A stretch of 64,000 nt of DNA from an uncultured Methanosarcinaceae archaeon (lineage in GTDB: Archaea; Halobacteriota; Methanosarcinia; Methanosarcinales; Methanosarcinaceae), in assembly GCA_963833425.1 (NCBI GenBank), contig CAWHXP010000007.1:224001-288000 (forward strand). The letters are read 5' to 3'. A program made the position numbers and the translations under genes. The notes beneath the pieces are model-generated. The model ran no database searches and was not told the origin of the DNA. It saw only the letters and a list, made by a program, of their open reading frames with translations. Shown here piece by piece: positions 22,429 to 33,958 of this stretch; the first letter of the stretch is position 1, and the number at the start of each line of letters is the position of its first letter.

Positions 22429-24657
22429 ATGGTAGTCGATACCCAAAAAAATGAAGAACAAAAAAAATGCCCAATTGAAAAATGGATATCGTATTTAAAA
22501 AGGCAAGATTTAAAAGAACATATTGAAATTTTAATCCTATATACTTTATTAACCTTTATATTCACTTATCCTGTAATTTTTAAAATAGGGACATTTATTC
22601 CGGGAAGTGGTGATGCATTTCAGTGGATGAGAACACTTTGGTATACACCAGTAGCTATATTCAATCCGACTCTCACAAAATTAACACATGATTACTTAAT
22701 ATTCCATCCCTATGGAATACCTTCATTACCTTTTCAATCTGCATTTAACCAAGTCGTTTCATACGTATTGTCTATTATTGTTGATATAGATGTAGGATAT
22801 ACTCTATTATGGCTATTCTCATTTATTTTTGGAGCGTATGGCACATATTTACTTGTTAATAATCTATCTAATAACAAATATTCATCATTCATAGCCGGAC
22901 TTGTGTTTGCGTTTTCGCCATTTCATTTTGCACATGCTGCTGGTCATTTGGGAGCAACCAGTATCGAGTGGATACCCTTTTGTGCTCTTTATTTAATGAA
23001 AATGTTTAAAGAGGGAGGGGGGCGAAATAGTTTTTTTGCAGGAATATTCTTCATTCTTGTAGCTATGAGCGACCTTCAATACATGATGTTCATGGGAATT
23101 TTCGTAATGTTATTGTTTTTGTATGAAATCTACACCTTTTCAAGAAATGAGAAAAAAAATTGTAAAGAAAGTTTGGTACGAATATATTATAAGTACTCAT
23201 TATTTGGAGCAATTTCACTCTGTGGTTTAATACCCCTCACGTTAGGCGATATTATTATAAATGGTGCTAATAATAACTTTTTAAAATTAGACCCTTTTGA
23301 GTCTGTTACTTTCTCAACTGATTTTTTGAGTTTTTTTCTTCCACCTTTTTTACATCCCTTATTTGGGAATGTTACGAAGGGTATTTACCACGACATATAT
23401 TCAAACACAAGTGAGCGTACAACTTATATTGGATACATCGTCATATTACTCTCTTTGTTCGCGATTCGTAGACTAAAAGAAAACAAATATGTAAAATTTT
23501 GGTCAATTGCTGCGTTGCTTTTTTCGTTACTTAGTCTTGGTCCACTTCTTCGCGTAAAAGGTAACACATCGTTTACAGTGTTCCATACTTCGATTCCTCT
23601 TCCATATTTAGGCTTGTATTATATAATCCCATTTCTAGACAATTGTAGAACGACTGGGAGGTTTTTTGTAATTGCTTCACTCTCATTCGCAGTTTTGGCC
23701 GGTTATGGAATTTCAGAAGTTTTAAAGACCATCAATACTAATAAAAAAATAGTTGCAATTGTAATAAGTAGTTTGATAATTTTTGAATATTTAGCGATTC
23801 CTTTCCCAGTATCAGCTGTCAACAAACCATTATTTTATAAAGAGATCTCACAAGATAAAGATAATTATGCCCTACTTGAAATACCTGCGACTTTACGCTA
23901 TAGTGCAAGTGGTGAGATCATTTATTACCAAACAATACATGGAAAACCCGTTGTCGGTAACTGGGCTGCTAGAATGCCAGCAAATGCGAGAAACTTTGAA
24001 TTAAATACACCTGTCATAAAAGAATTAACTTATTTACATCCCTATGCTGCTGATATCCTGAACCAAGATATGAATCAAATTGGAGTATCCATTTTCAATT
24101 ATTATAATATACCATATATTATTTTGCATAAAAATTATATGAATGATACACAAGTCAATTTTGCCGAGACATTCATACAAAAAACACTCAACACAGAAAG
24201 AAAAATGTATGAAAACGATTCTCTAATTGTATATCATGTAAAAAAAGAGGTTATAAAACCATTCATGATTTTAAAAGATAATTGGTATGATACAGAAGAA
24301 TGGAATGGAGTTCCAACAAGGTGGATAGCAAGCAATGCCAACCTTTTAGTTTATTCAGGCGAAAATCATCATGTAAGATTACTTTTTAATGCAACAAGTT
24401 TTGATCATGCTAGAAATTTAAGTATCATTAGTGAAAACTCGTCAATTTCTACGATAAAGGTACCTACTGACTTGAAATCCAGAACTTTCAGTTTTGAGAC
24501 CCCAGTGAAATTGCATAAAGGTGAAAACCTCATTAGTTTTCAAGTGATGGATGGATCTGATAGACCGTGCGATATCCCAACATTAAATTTCCCTGATCCT
24601 CGAAATCTAGGTGTAGCAATACAAAATATAACACTTGTTAACTTTTCAGCATCTTAA
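22429..24657 (+). CDS. polytopic membrane protein, probable GT-C-fold (YfhO-like) glycosyltransferase with extracellular C-terminal domain
   Basis: N-terminal TM then GD acidic loop, AGLVFAFSPFH, many TMs, TYIGY, RTTGRF, LLEIP, YYQTIHGKP; GGAGAGG SD. Confidence 0.7.
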   Translation: MVVDTQKNEEQKKCPIEKWISYLKRQDLKEHIEILILYTLLTFIFTYPVIFKIGTFIPGSGDAFQWMRTLWYTPVAIFNPTLTKLTHDYLIFHPYGIPSLPFQSAFNQVVSYVLSIIVDIDVGYTLLWLFSFIFGAYGTYLLVNNLSNNKYSSFIAGLVFAFSPFHFAHAAGHLGATSIEWIPFCALYLMKMFKEGGGRNSFFAGIFFILVAMSDLQYMMFMGIFVMLLFLYEIYTFSRNEKKNCKESLVRIYYKYSLFGAISLCGLIPLTLGDIIINGANNNFLKLDPFESVTFSTDFLSFFLPPFLHPLFGNVTKGIYHDIYSNTSERTTYIGYIVILLSLFAIRRLKENKYVKFWSIAALLFSLLSLGPLLRVKGNTSFTVFHTSIPLPYLGLYYIIPFLDNCRTTGRFFVIASLSFAVLAGYGISEVLKTINTNKKIVAIVISSLIIFEYLAIPFPVSAVNKPLFYKEISQDKDNYALLEIPATLRYSASGEIIYYQTIHGKPVVGNWAARMPANARNFELNTPVIKELTYLHPYAADILNQDMNQIGVSIFNYYNIPYIILHKNYMNDTQVNFAETFIQKTLNTERKMYENDSLIVYHVKKEVIKPFMILKDNWYDTEEWNGVPTRWIASNANLLVYSGENHHVRLLFNATSFDHARNLSIISENSSISTIKVPTDLKSRTFSFETPVKLHKGENLISFQVMDGSDRPCDIPTLNFPDPRNLGVAIQNITLVNFSAS

Positions 24658-24854
24658 AAAGGATCTATTGATTTCAATTAAATCATAGCCTAGAATGGCA
24701 ATCTACCAAAAGTTCGGTCAAATATGATAGACTCTGTATCCTTTTTCTTTCACTACAAATATCCATATAATCGTTTTGGTATGGTGGCAGGAAAAAGATC
24801 CATCCTGAGTCGGATTTTACAGACATCTCGATACACCGCCAAGTTTATCAAAAA

Positions 24855-25380
24855 AAGAGAAAAAATTCACCTAATTTGGATCTAAATTTATTATTCTTTT
24901 AAAATTGAAGAGAAGTGAAAAAACTAAAGTTCGGTTCTCTGTACAATGGTTGTTTTTGTATCCTGGTTTATTCTATATAACAAATATGAATCGGAATTCT
25001 CAATGAAAAATTTTTATAAAAAAATTTATGGCTACACTTATACCCTATCTTATTCCCTCAGTACTCTATTGCGTATTGAATACACAATTAAATTTAACTT
25101 CCAGTCTTAACATAAATTCAGTAATCTCTAACACTTTTAATTTTCAACGCATCGGATCAGTTTTGATTTATTTGCTCACATTAACATTTGATATTTTTTT
25201 ATCCAATTATTGTTACTTACTACGAAATTATAAAAATTCGTTTTGGGATTTACACATTTAATGCACTTTTTTATCCATATCAACCATGTATATCTTAGTA
25301 TCGTTTATACATTCATTCAGAACGATGCTCAAAATTTAGTTTAAGTATTTGCTGTACTTTTTATTCGGGATATATAAAAA
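24855..25380 (+). pseudogene. degenerate partial duplicate of the 27323-28447 acyltransferase and its upstream region
   Basis: 24875-24910 matches 27205-27245 (TGGATCT..TTTATTATTCTTTTAAA.TTGAAGA). 24928-25378 is colinear with 27508-27950 (GTTCGGTTC.CTGTAC, TGAATACACAATTA, CTTAACATAAATTCA, CTTACTACGAAATTATAAAA) with multiple indels. Confidence 0.88.
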
Positions 25381-25544
25381 CTAGAATTATTAACTAATAT
25401 TACATCCTGCGTTTTTTTACAAATATTTCTAAATTAAATAATGTCCGATTTAAATGAATCCACAATTTGTATGTCTAAGTTTACAGGCTTGTGGGGGGTT
25501 CCCACATTTAGCCGGCTGATAGAGATTTGACGAAATAAAATCCT

Positions 25545-26846
25545 TCAACTAAAAGTTTTTGAAATATTTAAGAAAATAGAAAATATATATATATAAATTA
25601 CGGTTGTTGACAACAAAAACATCTGGTTTTTTACATTACTCACTAGGTGCTTATAAGTCCATCTTCCAAACAAAAATGTACTACACGTTTCATTAAGAGA
25701 AAGGATTAACGAACAAATAAGTGAAGTTGATAAAATTATCATTGTTCCGCTTAATATAATTAAGGTTCGATCTCCAAACCAAAAATTAATCCGAGATAAC
25801 TGAAAAAGAAGCATCAAAGCATTTGAAGTAACATAAATTTCTAACGAAAAATTTCCACACAAAACAAAAAAATCGTAAAGTCTTGTGTTCCTTAATAATC
25901 TGACAACATAATATGATAATATTATTCCAAATAAAGCTAATATAAAATTAATTAATAAATGAATGATTCCTACATATGCAAACTGATTTACCCTTATATC
26001 CCAAAAAGGTAACAATATAGGGAATGAAAACAATGAAATTAAAAATAGTTTATTTTTATAGTTGAATATATATTCTTTATATTCAGCAATGAAATATCCA
26101 ATTAAAACAAATGGAGAAAACCACCGAATGGCTAGAAAACCCTGAACAGTTGGTTTAGCAATCAATATCCACATGAAGATTATATAGCTAAATAAATAAA
26201 CTAAGATCGAAAAATAATTTTTAGAGAATTTTGATAAAAAATTTACTGTCCACACATAAAATATTAAAAGAATAAATGAAAAAAAAAGAACTGGAAAAAA
26301 CCATAAATTTGTGTAGGTGTATAAACTTTCAAAAATTGTGTGGAAAATACTTTGTTTTATTCCAAAAGAATCAGCAATTAATAATCCAATAATGATCCAG
26401 CTAAAATATGGTATAAATAAACCTTTAAATTTTTTTACAATAAATGCCCAAATAGGATTAATGGATTTACCGTATGCAAGATAACCACTTAATGAAAGTA
26501 GTAAAGGCATATGGAAAGAATAAATTAAAATAAATAAAAAATTGGATTTAAGCTCATTTGGATTATGATAAGCTATAACATGTCCTAATATCACAAGAAT
26601 TATTGCATAACCCTTTAAAGCATCGATAATATCAATTCTTTTAAAGCCACTGTAATTTTTAATTTGTTCAGTGGGTCCTATATGCGTTAAATTATTAATT
26701 TGAGGTATACTTATTTGAGTTATAGTTTGATTTTCATCTGTCAAGAAAGCACCTTCAATGGCTATATCACTTGTACTAGGCAGTAGCATAACCGTAGAAA
26801 ATCGTTGATCGCCTAGATTCGTAGCATACAATTTTAGAGTAGACAT
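25545..26846 (-). CDS. acyltransferase-3 family (OafA/YrhL-like) membrane O-acyltransferase
   Basis: RIDIIDALKGYAIILVILGH, IYSFHMPL..LSGY, KKFKGLFIPY, LWFF, G.FSLEIY; ~10 TMs. Confidence 0.88.
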   Translation of the reverse strand: MSTLKLYATNLGDQRFSTVMLLPSTSDIAIEGAFLTDENQTITQISIPQINNLTHIGPTEQIKNYSGFKRIDIIDALKGYAIILVILGHVIAYHNPNELKSNFLFILIYSFHMPLLLSLSGYLAYGKSINPIWAFIVKKFKGLFIPYFSWIIIGLLIADSFGIKQSIFHTIFESLYTYTNLWFFPVLFFSFILLIFYVWTVNFLSKFSKNYFSILVYLFSYIIFMWILIAKPTVQGFLAIRWFSPFVLIGYFIAEYKEYIFNYKNKLFLISLFSFPILLPFWDIRVNQFAYVGIIHLLINFILALFGIILSYYVVRLLRNTRLYDFFVLCGNFSLEIYVTSNALMLLFQLSRINFWFGDRTLIILSGTMIILSTSLICSLILSLNETCSTFLFGRWTYKHLVSNVKNQMFLLSTTVIYIYIFSIFLNISKTFS

Positions 26847-27322
26847 ATAAATAATTATTGGGATGTATGCCTCACTTTAAATTTTACAATACAAGGAAAA
26901 TAAAAAAGTTTTTATTATCAAAATCTCATAAGTGCTTAAATTTTTTTTAAAGTACTAATGTTCTTTTTGCCCTAATATTACCTTAATATCTTATTAAAGG
27001 CATAAATCCTAGACATTTAATTTCAAACATTTATATATTTTGTAGATGGATTAAGGATAATCATTAAGATCTTCCACTCTCTCTATCTATATTTGAAATT
27101 TGCCCAGCCATGTCAAAGGCTGCGGAGTTTAGCAACAACATGAAAGACTAAAAGATATGTTGAAGTAAACCTTAGCGAAAAGAAATAAAATAAAAGAACT
27201 CAATTAATGTGGATCTCATTTTATTATTCTTTTAAATTTGAAGAAAAAGCTATATAGTCTAAAAAAGATTATAATGATATTCATTCAAATTCCCTTTGTA
27301 TAACTGAAAATTTAAAGGCAGT

Positions 27323-28447
27323 ATGATTAGATTGGTTTTTGAAGGAGAATTTATTTTGATTAAACCTTCTAATAATTGGTTTGGTGAAATTAATTATTTG
27401 CGCGCTATGGCTATTATAGGAGTGCTTATTATACATTGCACCGATCACATAGGTGCAGTATATAAATTAAACGGAATGACTTTTTCCCTTATTTATATTG
27501 AAGAGTTGGTTCGGTTCGCTGTACCAATGTTTGTTTTTATATCCGGGTTTGCTCTATATAATAAGTATAAATCAGAATTACCAATGAAAGATTTTTATAA
27601 AAAAAGATTTATGGGTACACTTATTCCATACCTCATTTTTTCAGTACTCTATTGTATAGTGAATACACAATTAGGTTTAACTTCCAACCTTAACATAAAT
27701 TCAATAATCTCTAGCATTTTTAATTTCAATGCTTCGGGTCAGTTTTGGTTTATTCGCCTCATATTAGCATTTTATATTTTTTATCCTGCCATCGTAGCTT
27801 ACTACGAAATTATAAAAGATCGTTTTGGAATTTACACGCTTACTGCACTTTTTTTATCCATATTAATAGCGTATCTCTTCGTAGCGTTTATACCTTCATT
27901 CAGGATGGCACTCGTTAAGTATTTGATATACTTCCTATTTGGGATATATGTAAACGACAATTATGAACAAATATGCCGAAGTTTGGAAAGAATTTCGATG
28001 AAAAAAATTATACTATTGAGCATTTTAATTTTAGGCCTTCCACTCTTTTCTATGCTTTATTATGTAGATGCAAGATGCGGCACACAATTCTCAACTTCAA
28101 TTCCATATTATTACCAACTGGCATTGATAAGTGCAAATATACTACATTTATCAATATTTCTTTTTTGTTTGCATCAGTTGTTAGTATACAAGCCCAATAT
28201 CGAAATATTGCAAAAAATAGGAGAATATTCTTATGGAATATTTTTAGTTCATGCGTTTTTTCTTAATTTCTTTACTTCATACATATTCCCTCGATTTTCT
28301 ATTTTTGCTACAAGCTTAAATTTCTACATCATTTTATTTACAGTAATGCTAACAATGAGTTATTTTACGGTTAAACTGATGCTAAGCAACTGCTTTACAA
28401 CTTACATGATTACAGGAAAATTAAAACATGATCAGCACTTAGGTTAG
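27323..28447 (+). CDS. acyltransferase-3 family membrane O-acyltransferase
   Basis: INYLRAMAIIGVLIIH, RFAVPMFVFISGF, FYKKRF..LIPY, QFWFI, IGEYSYGIFLVH; start possibly TTG 27356 after GAAGGAG. Confidence 0.9.
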   Translation: MIRLVFEGEFILIKPSNNWFGEINYLRAMAIIGVLIIHCTDHIGAVYKLNGMTFSLIYIEELVRFAVPMFVFISGFALYNKYKSELPMKDFYKKRFMGTLIPYLIFSVLYCIVNTQLGLTSNLNINSIISSIFNFNASGQFWFIRLILAFYIFYPAIVAYYEIIKDRFGIYTLTALFLSILIAYLFVAFIPSFRMALVKYLIYFLFGIYVNDNYEQICRSLERISMKKIILLSILILGLPLFSMLYYVDARCGTQFSTSIPYYYQLALISANILHLSIFLFCLHQLLVYKPNIEILQKIGEYSYGIFLVHAFFLNFFTSYIFPRFSIFATSLNFYIILFTVMLTMSYFTVKLMLSNCFTTYMITGKLKHDQHLG

Positions 28448-29168
28448 AGCTTTTAATAAGAAGATGTTATTTTATTAGAAAACGAAAATACGTCTTATTT
28501 TTACCAGACATTTAGATCTGAGCAGCCTGAACATAATAAAACAGCTAATAATTTTTATATCAAAGTTACTTGATTATTTTCTTTTTCATCATCAGAATTT
28601 CTACCCAGGCCTCTCCACGCCTGATGCTTCAATTACTCTCTGAGTTATCAAGATATGTATAAGCCTTGTAAGCAGAAAAGCAAATTGAATTAAAAAGAGT
28701 GAATTTGTTTAAAATCAAATTGATTTGCGTTTCTCTTAATGTGCTCAAGCTTGTAAGTTAGGGTAATATTACAAAAAATTGCAATGGCAAGTTGAAGTCG
28801 ATAATATACATATATTTTAAATCGGAAACCTGTGTATTTGTTTAGGTAGTCATTTTTTGCATCATTAAGGCTTATGCACTTCGGACGCAAAATCAAAATA
28901 CACGGTAAAGAAACAAAGATTACCGATTCACTCTGTTTTTTGGATATGGCGATAAAGCCATATATTTCCTGAATACGACAGTGGCTAAAATATTGATCTA
29001 ACCTTCACTGGATAATAGGGTGCAAGTAACCAAACAAATTATATACATATGTATATCTTTGAAATGTCAAAAAAATTGTAGAATTTGTGCTCAATAAAAA
29101 ATTACTCCGAAAGTTATATAACTCTCGATTTAAATCTAATATTAAATAATTAAAAAAAGAGAAAAAAC

Positions 29169-30239
29169 ATGAAAAAAGCTATTTTCCATGATTATTTCGG
29201 AGCTATCGGCGGTGGAGAAAAAGTTGCGATCACCCTTGCAAAATTATTGAATGCTGATATTATTACTACAGATGTAGATGCGGTTAGTAAACTGGATACA
29301 GAAGTGGATGTTAAATCTCTTGGACACACATATAAAATCCCTCCACTAAAACAGATCTCTGCAACAAAAAAATTTTATTCTTCCGATTTTTCAAATGATT
29401 ATGATTTTTTCATCTTCACAGGAAACTGGAGCCATTATGCAGCCCATAATCACCATCCAAATATGTGGTACTGTTACACGCCTGTAAGGCCATTTTATGA
29501 TCTATACGATACTTTCTTACATAGACAGGATTTGATAACTCGGCAATTTTTTCGTGCCTGGGTACATGGACACAGATGGATGGATCAACGATCGGTAAAT
29601 AATATAAACCAAATTTTCACTATTTCAAAAAATTCCCAGAAAAGAATTGAGAAATACCATCACAGAACTGCTGACATAATTTATCCTCCAGTTGATGTTT
29701 CAAAGTTTAAATATAAGGAGTATGGAGATTTTTGGCTCTCGGTAAACAGACTTTACCCTGAAAAAAGGATTGAATTGCAAATAAATGCTTTTAGAAAAAT
29801 GCCTGATGAAAAACTTATCATTGTGGGTGGATATGCAAAAGGTGATCACGCTGAAAAGTATGCAAAAAATATAAGTAAAGGACTGCCTCAGAATATTAAA
29901 ATACTTGGAGAAATTTCTGAACAGGAATTGATTGACCTTTACGCCAGATGCAAAGGCTTAATCTGCACAGCGGTTGACGAAGACTTTGGTCTAACGCCTG
30001 TAGAAGCAATGGCAAGTGGAAAGCCGGTTGTAGCGGTAAATGAAGGTGGATTTAGAGAGACTGTTACCGAAAAAACGGGTATACTGATAAATGCAGATCT
30101 CCATAGCACTATAGAAGCTGTCAAATTCATATCAAATAAACCTGAAAGTTATAGGAATTTCTGTCTTGAGCAAGCAAGACGTTTTGATCTTTCGATTTTC
30201 AGCAAAAATATACAAAATGTGATTAATAATGATTTTTAA
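29169..30239 (+). CDS. GT4 (group 1) glycosyltransferase
   Basis: [42 protein letters not shown]. Confidence 0.93.
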   Translation: MKKAIFHDYFGAIGGGEKVAITLAKLLNADIITTDVDAVSKLDTEVDVKSLGHTYKIPPLKQISATKKFYSSDFSNDYDFFIFTGNWSHYAAHNHHPNMWYCYTPVRPFYDLYDTFLHRQDLITRQFFRAWVHGHRWMDQRSVNNINQIFTISKNSQKRIEKYHHRTADIIYPPVDVSKFKYKEYGDFWLSVNRLYPEKRIELQINAFRKMPDEKLIIVGGYAKGDHAEKYAKNISKGLPQNIKILGEISEQELIDLYARCKGLICTAVDEDFGLTPVEAMASGKPVVAVNEGGFRETVTEKTGILINADLHSTIEAVKFISNKPESYRNFCLEQARRFDLSIFSKNIQNVINNDF

Positions 30240-31008
30240 GCACCTAAAAGAGTTATACAGCTACAGAAACCTTATTTGGCAATTAGCGTGGAGCGATTTT
30301 AAATTAAGGTATAAAAATTCTATGCTCGGCTATTTATGGTCTCTTTTGGAACCTCTGCTTATGCTCCTAGTCTTATATGAGGTTTTCACTAACATAATGA
30401 AAAATCAGATAGAACATTACCAATTATTCTTGTTTGTTGGACTTATCTTATGGGGTTTTTTGAGTAGATCTACTAACTCTGGGATGTTTTCAATTGTAGA
30501 AAAAGCAGGTATTGTTAAGAAAATTTACTTCCCACGGGACATCTTTGTTATTTCTTCATGCATTACAGCTCTGCTCATGAGTATCTTTGAGTCTTTAGTA
30601 TTTATCATGTTCATGGTATTTTACAGAATACCAATCTCCATCAACTTGGTATATGCACCGCTTATCCTGATCTTCCTGTGCGCCATTTCACTTGGTCTCT
30701 CTCTAGCGCTTTCAGCATTAAATGTATTTTATAGAGATGTCCAGTTTATCTGGCAGGTACTTTTGCAGATTGGATTTTATTTAACTCCTATAATCTATAG
30801 CATCGACGTATTTCCTACGAATTTCCAACGATTTGTCCTATTGAATCCAATTGCACGGATTATTATTTCTGCAAGAGATACTGTTATTTATTCGTCTCCA
30901 GCTAAAATGGAGGATCTATTATATATGCTTCTATCATCGATAGTCTTCCTAGTTGTCGGATATATCATTTTTTTTAGATTCGAATCCAGATTTGCGGAGG
31001 AGATCTAA
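30229..31008 (+). CDS. wzm: ABC-2 polysaccharide exporter permease (Wzm/RfbA-like)
   Basis: [47 protein letters not shown]; 6 TMs; coupled to wzt (TAATG overlap). Confidence 0.92.
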   Translation: MIFKHLKELYSYRNLIWQLAWSDFKLRYKNSMLGYLWSLLEPLLMLLVLYEVFTNIMKNQIEHYQLFLFVGLILWGFLSRSTNSGMFSIVEKAGIVKKIYFPRDIFVISSCITALLMSIFESLVFIMFMVFYRIPISINLVYAPLILIFLCAISLGLSLALSALNVFYRDVQFIWQVLLQIGFYLTPIIYSIDVFPTNFQRFVLLNPIARIIISARDTVIYSSPAKMEDLLYMLLSSIVFLVVGYIIFFRFESRFAEEI

Positions 31009-32231
31009 TGGTAGCAATAGAAGTTAATCATTTGCACAAAACATTTCGCATACCTCATGAAAAAAGAACAACTATATTTGAAACTTTGACAGGAGCCTTC
31101 AATCCTCCGATGTATGAAAATTTCCATGCACTCAAGGACATCAATTTTACAGTTGAAGAGGGTGAAGCTCTAGGAATTATTGGAGAGAACGGAAGTGGGA
31201 AGAGCACCTTATTGAAAATTATTGCAAATATCTTACGCCCATCAGCAGGGAGTGTTACAACCATGAAGAGACTCACTCCTTTCCTCGAACTTGGGGTTGG
31301 CTTCCAAATGAATCTCACGGCTGCAGAGAACGTAAAAATTTATGCAACTATCATGGGTATGCAGAAAAGAGAAATTAATAATAAAATAGATGGTATTATC
31401 GAATTCGCAGGACTTGAGAAATTCAAGGACACGAAACTAAAAAACTTTTCATCAGGTATGCTGGTAAGACTTGCTTTTTCAACAGCAATCCAAACTAATC
31501 CAGAAATCCTTTTGATGGATGAAGTTCTGGCAGTGGGAGACATGGAGTTTCAACAAAAGTGTCTGGATGTCCTTAGTCAATATCGGAAAGATGGAGTTAC
31601 AATTGTTTTCGTTTCACACGATCTTGGGGCAGTAAGGAGGTTCTGTGATAAGACTTTACTTCTTAATAAGGGGGAACAGGTAATTTTAGGAAATACAGGA
31701 GAGGTTATTGACTGTTATGTATACGGTGGCGGAAACGAAGCAATTAATTCTTCTGAAAAACTGAAGGAATCAGAGATAGCTGAACTAGAGGTGGAGTCTG
31801 AGGACAAAACTACTATGTTGGGAAATAAGAAAATTGAAATTACCAATGTAGAGTTTTATGATAAATTTGATAACAAAGGAGTCAGATTTAACTCTTTTGA
31901 TCCGATGACAGTAAGGATTTTTTACAACGCACATATGAGAATATATGACCCAGTGTTCGGGATTGCTCTTTATTCTGAAAATGGAGAAAACCTTTTTGGC
32001 ACAAATACTGAATTGAAACAAGTTTCAATTGACTCTATTAACGGGAAAGGCCATATTGATCTTTTGGTAGAGAGAATCCCTATGATAACAGGAAGATTCC
32101 TAGTGACAGTGGCAGTGCATACTCACGATCAAAAACCTTATGATTGGCATGATAAACAGTATTCATTTGATGTGATTCCAACCTGTAGAGATGCTGGAAT
32201 TTTTGAGATACCTTGCAATTGGAAAATCTAA
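31008..32231 (+). CDS. wzt: polysaccharide ABC exporter ATPase with C-terminal carbohydrate-binding domain (Wzt)
   Basis: Walker A GENGSGKST, signature FSSGMLVRLAF, LMDEVLAVGD, VSHD; ~150-aa beta-rich Wzt_C extension. Confidence 0.93.
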   Translation: MVAIEVNHLHKTFRIPHEKRTTIFETLTGAFNPPMYENFHALKDINFTVEEGEALGIIGENGSGKSTLLKIIANILRPSAGSVTTMKRLTPFLELGVGFQMNLTAAENVKIYATIMGMQKREINNKIDGIIEFAGLEKFKDTKLKNFSSGMLVRLAFSTAIQTNPEILLMDEVLAVGDMEFQQKCLDVLSQYRKDGVTIVFVSHDLGAVRRFCDKTLLLNKGEQVILGNTGEVIDCYVYGGGNEAINSSEKLKESEIAELEVESEDKTTMLGNKKIEITNVEFYDKFDNKGVRFNSFDPMTVRIFYNAHMRIYDPVFGIALYSENGENLFGTNTELKQVSIDSINGKGHIDLLVERIPMITGRFLVTVAVHTHDQKPYDWHDKQYSFDVIPTCRDAGIFEIPCNWKI

Positions 32232-32250
32232 GTTCAGGACGTGAGATTTT

Positions 32251-33690
32251 ATGGATATATTAGAAATCAATTCAGATGAAGTTAATGTTGAGGAAATAAT
32301 GAAAAAAATAAGAGAAAATATTCAAAAAAATGGGATTGAAGTCTATCCAAAAGAATTCTGTGAAATTCAAAATGACGCCATAATTAAAAAATATTACATT
32401 TGTGATACTATCAAAAATGACTTAGAATATATTAATTCTAACTGGAATGTTCAAAATAACGACTATTTAATTAGCTCTCATCGGCCAGCTGTAGGTAAGT
32501 TTCTAATCAAAGGTAGAGAGTTGGTTCATGGAGAAGTAAAACGTTATGTGAATCCAATTATGCAAAAACAAACTGTATTCAATGAAAGTACCGTCAATAT
32601 ACTCAATAATGTAGCAGATAATATTATTTTCCTTGACAATAAGGTAGAACAAATAACGCCAATTATTGATCATAAAATTAGACAACTAAAACCAGATATC
32701 GATATCAAGTTAGAGCAAATAGCTCCAAATATTGATCTTAAAATTAGACAACTAAAACCGGATATCGATATCAATATAATGCAAATGAAATCAGATATCG
32801 ATATCAAAATCGAGCAAATGAAATCAGATATCGATAACAGAATAAGAATGCAAATAAATTCTTTTATTTCTTCAATTAACTCTGATATTGAAAAAAAATC
32901 TTGGTTAGCTAATTTAATTGATAAAAAAATATCTTCTCAGATAAATAATCTTGAAGTGGAAATTTCGGAGAATGAAGACTCAAAATCCTCTGAAGATAAA
33001 AATCTCGAATTAAACTACTTCGTATTTGAAGAACGATTCAGAGGATCGAGAGATGAGATCAAGCAGAGACAGCTTAAGTATTTGGATTATTTCAATGGTT
33101 GCAAAAATGTTATTGATGTTGGTTGTGGAAGAGGCGAATTTTTAGAGCTTTTGAGAGAAAACAATATTAAAGCACAGGGACTGGATATTGACATTAATAT
33201 GGTTAAATTTTGTGAGTCAAAAGAATTAAGAGTTAATATGATAGATGCAATTTCATTTCTTGATGAAGTCGAAGATGATAGCCTGGATGGAATATTCATT
33301 AATCAAGTGGTTGAGCATCTTAAGCCAGATTATTTGATTAAAATGCTCAATCTATGTTACCAAAAATTGATGTATGGTTATTTTATAATCATAGAAACTG
33401 TGAACCCCCTCTCATTTGTGTCATTAGTCAATTTCTATATCGATTTGTCTCATGTAAAGCCATTACATCCAGAAACAATGAAATTTCTACTTGAAATTGT
33501 AGGTTTTCGAGAGATTGAACTTAAGTTCTATTCGCCCATAGAAGATAAAATCCGCTTGCAAAAGATTCAATTAGATCAAGGGATGAGAGAACGAGAAAAA
33601 ATGCTTGTTGAAACTATTAACCGAAACATGGACATTTTAAATAATCAACTATATGGCCCTCAAGATTATACATTCTTTGGGAAAAAATAA
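32251..33690 (+). CDS. SAM-dependent methyltransferase with N-terminal coiled-coil/repeat region (chain-terminator-like)
   Basis: YFVFEERFRGSR, VIDVGCGRGEFL, QVVEHL, ETVNP, FYIDLSHVKP; seven 11-aa repeats at 32632-32862. Confidence 0.88.
   Translation: MDILEINSDEVNVEEIMKKIRENIQKNGIEVYPKEFCEIQNDAIIKKYYICDTIKNDLEYINSNWNVQNNDYLISSHRPAVGKFLIKGRELVHGEVKRYVNPIMQKQTVFNESTVNILNNVADNIIFLDNKVEQITPIIDHKIRQLKPDIDIKLEQIAPNIDLKIRQLKPDIDINIMQMKSDIDIKIEQMKSDIDNRIRMQINSFISSINSDIEKKSWLANLIDKKISSQINNLEVEISENEDSKSSEDKNLELNYFVFEERFRGSRDEIKQRQLKYLDYFNGCKNVIDVGCGRGEFLELLRENNIKAQGLDIDINMVKFCESKELRVNMIDAISFLDEVEDDSLDGIFINQVVEHLKPDYLIKMLNLCYQKLMYGYFIIIETVNPLSFVSLVNFYIDLSHVKPLHPETMKFLLEIVGFREIELKFYSPIEDKIRLQKIQLDQGMREREKMLVETINRNMDILNNQLYGPQDYTFFGKK
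32632..32862 (+). repeat. 33-bp / 11-aa coding repeat x7
   Basis: LDNKVEQITPI IDHKIRQLKPD IDIKLEQIAPN IDLKIRQLKPD IDINIMQMKSD IDIKIEQMKSD IDNRIRMQINS; AAAATTAGACAACTAAAACC.GATATCGATATCAA occurs twice in the DNA. Confidence 0.85.
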
Positions 33691-33958
33691 TTATCATAAA
33701 TCGTAAAAAAAGTTGAAATGAAATACATCTTGCTAAAAAATTATCTAATGCTTAATTTGTTCAACCAATTTCATGTGTTGCTGGTAATGAGTTGATATCA
33801 AAACTTATTTCTGAATTGATTTAATGATTCGAATCTCGATTTGCCATCCAAAACACTAGATTCAAAGAGGAAATTTTGAGTTTTGGATTGGCTCAATGAA
33901 TATATCTTCAATTGCATTTTAGTGCTTAAAGTTGTAGTGAGCTATTGAGTGATAATTT

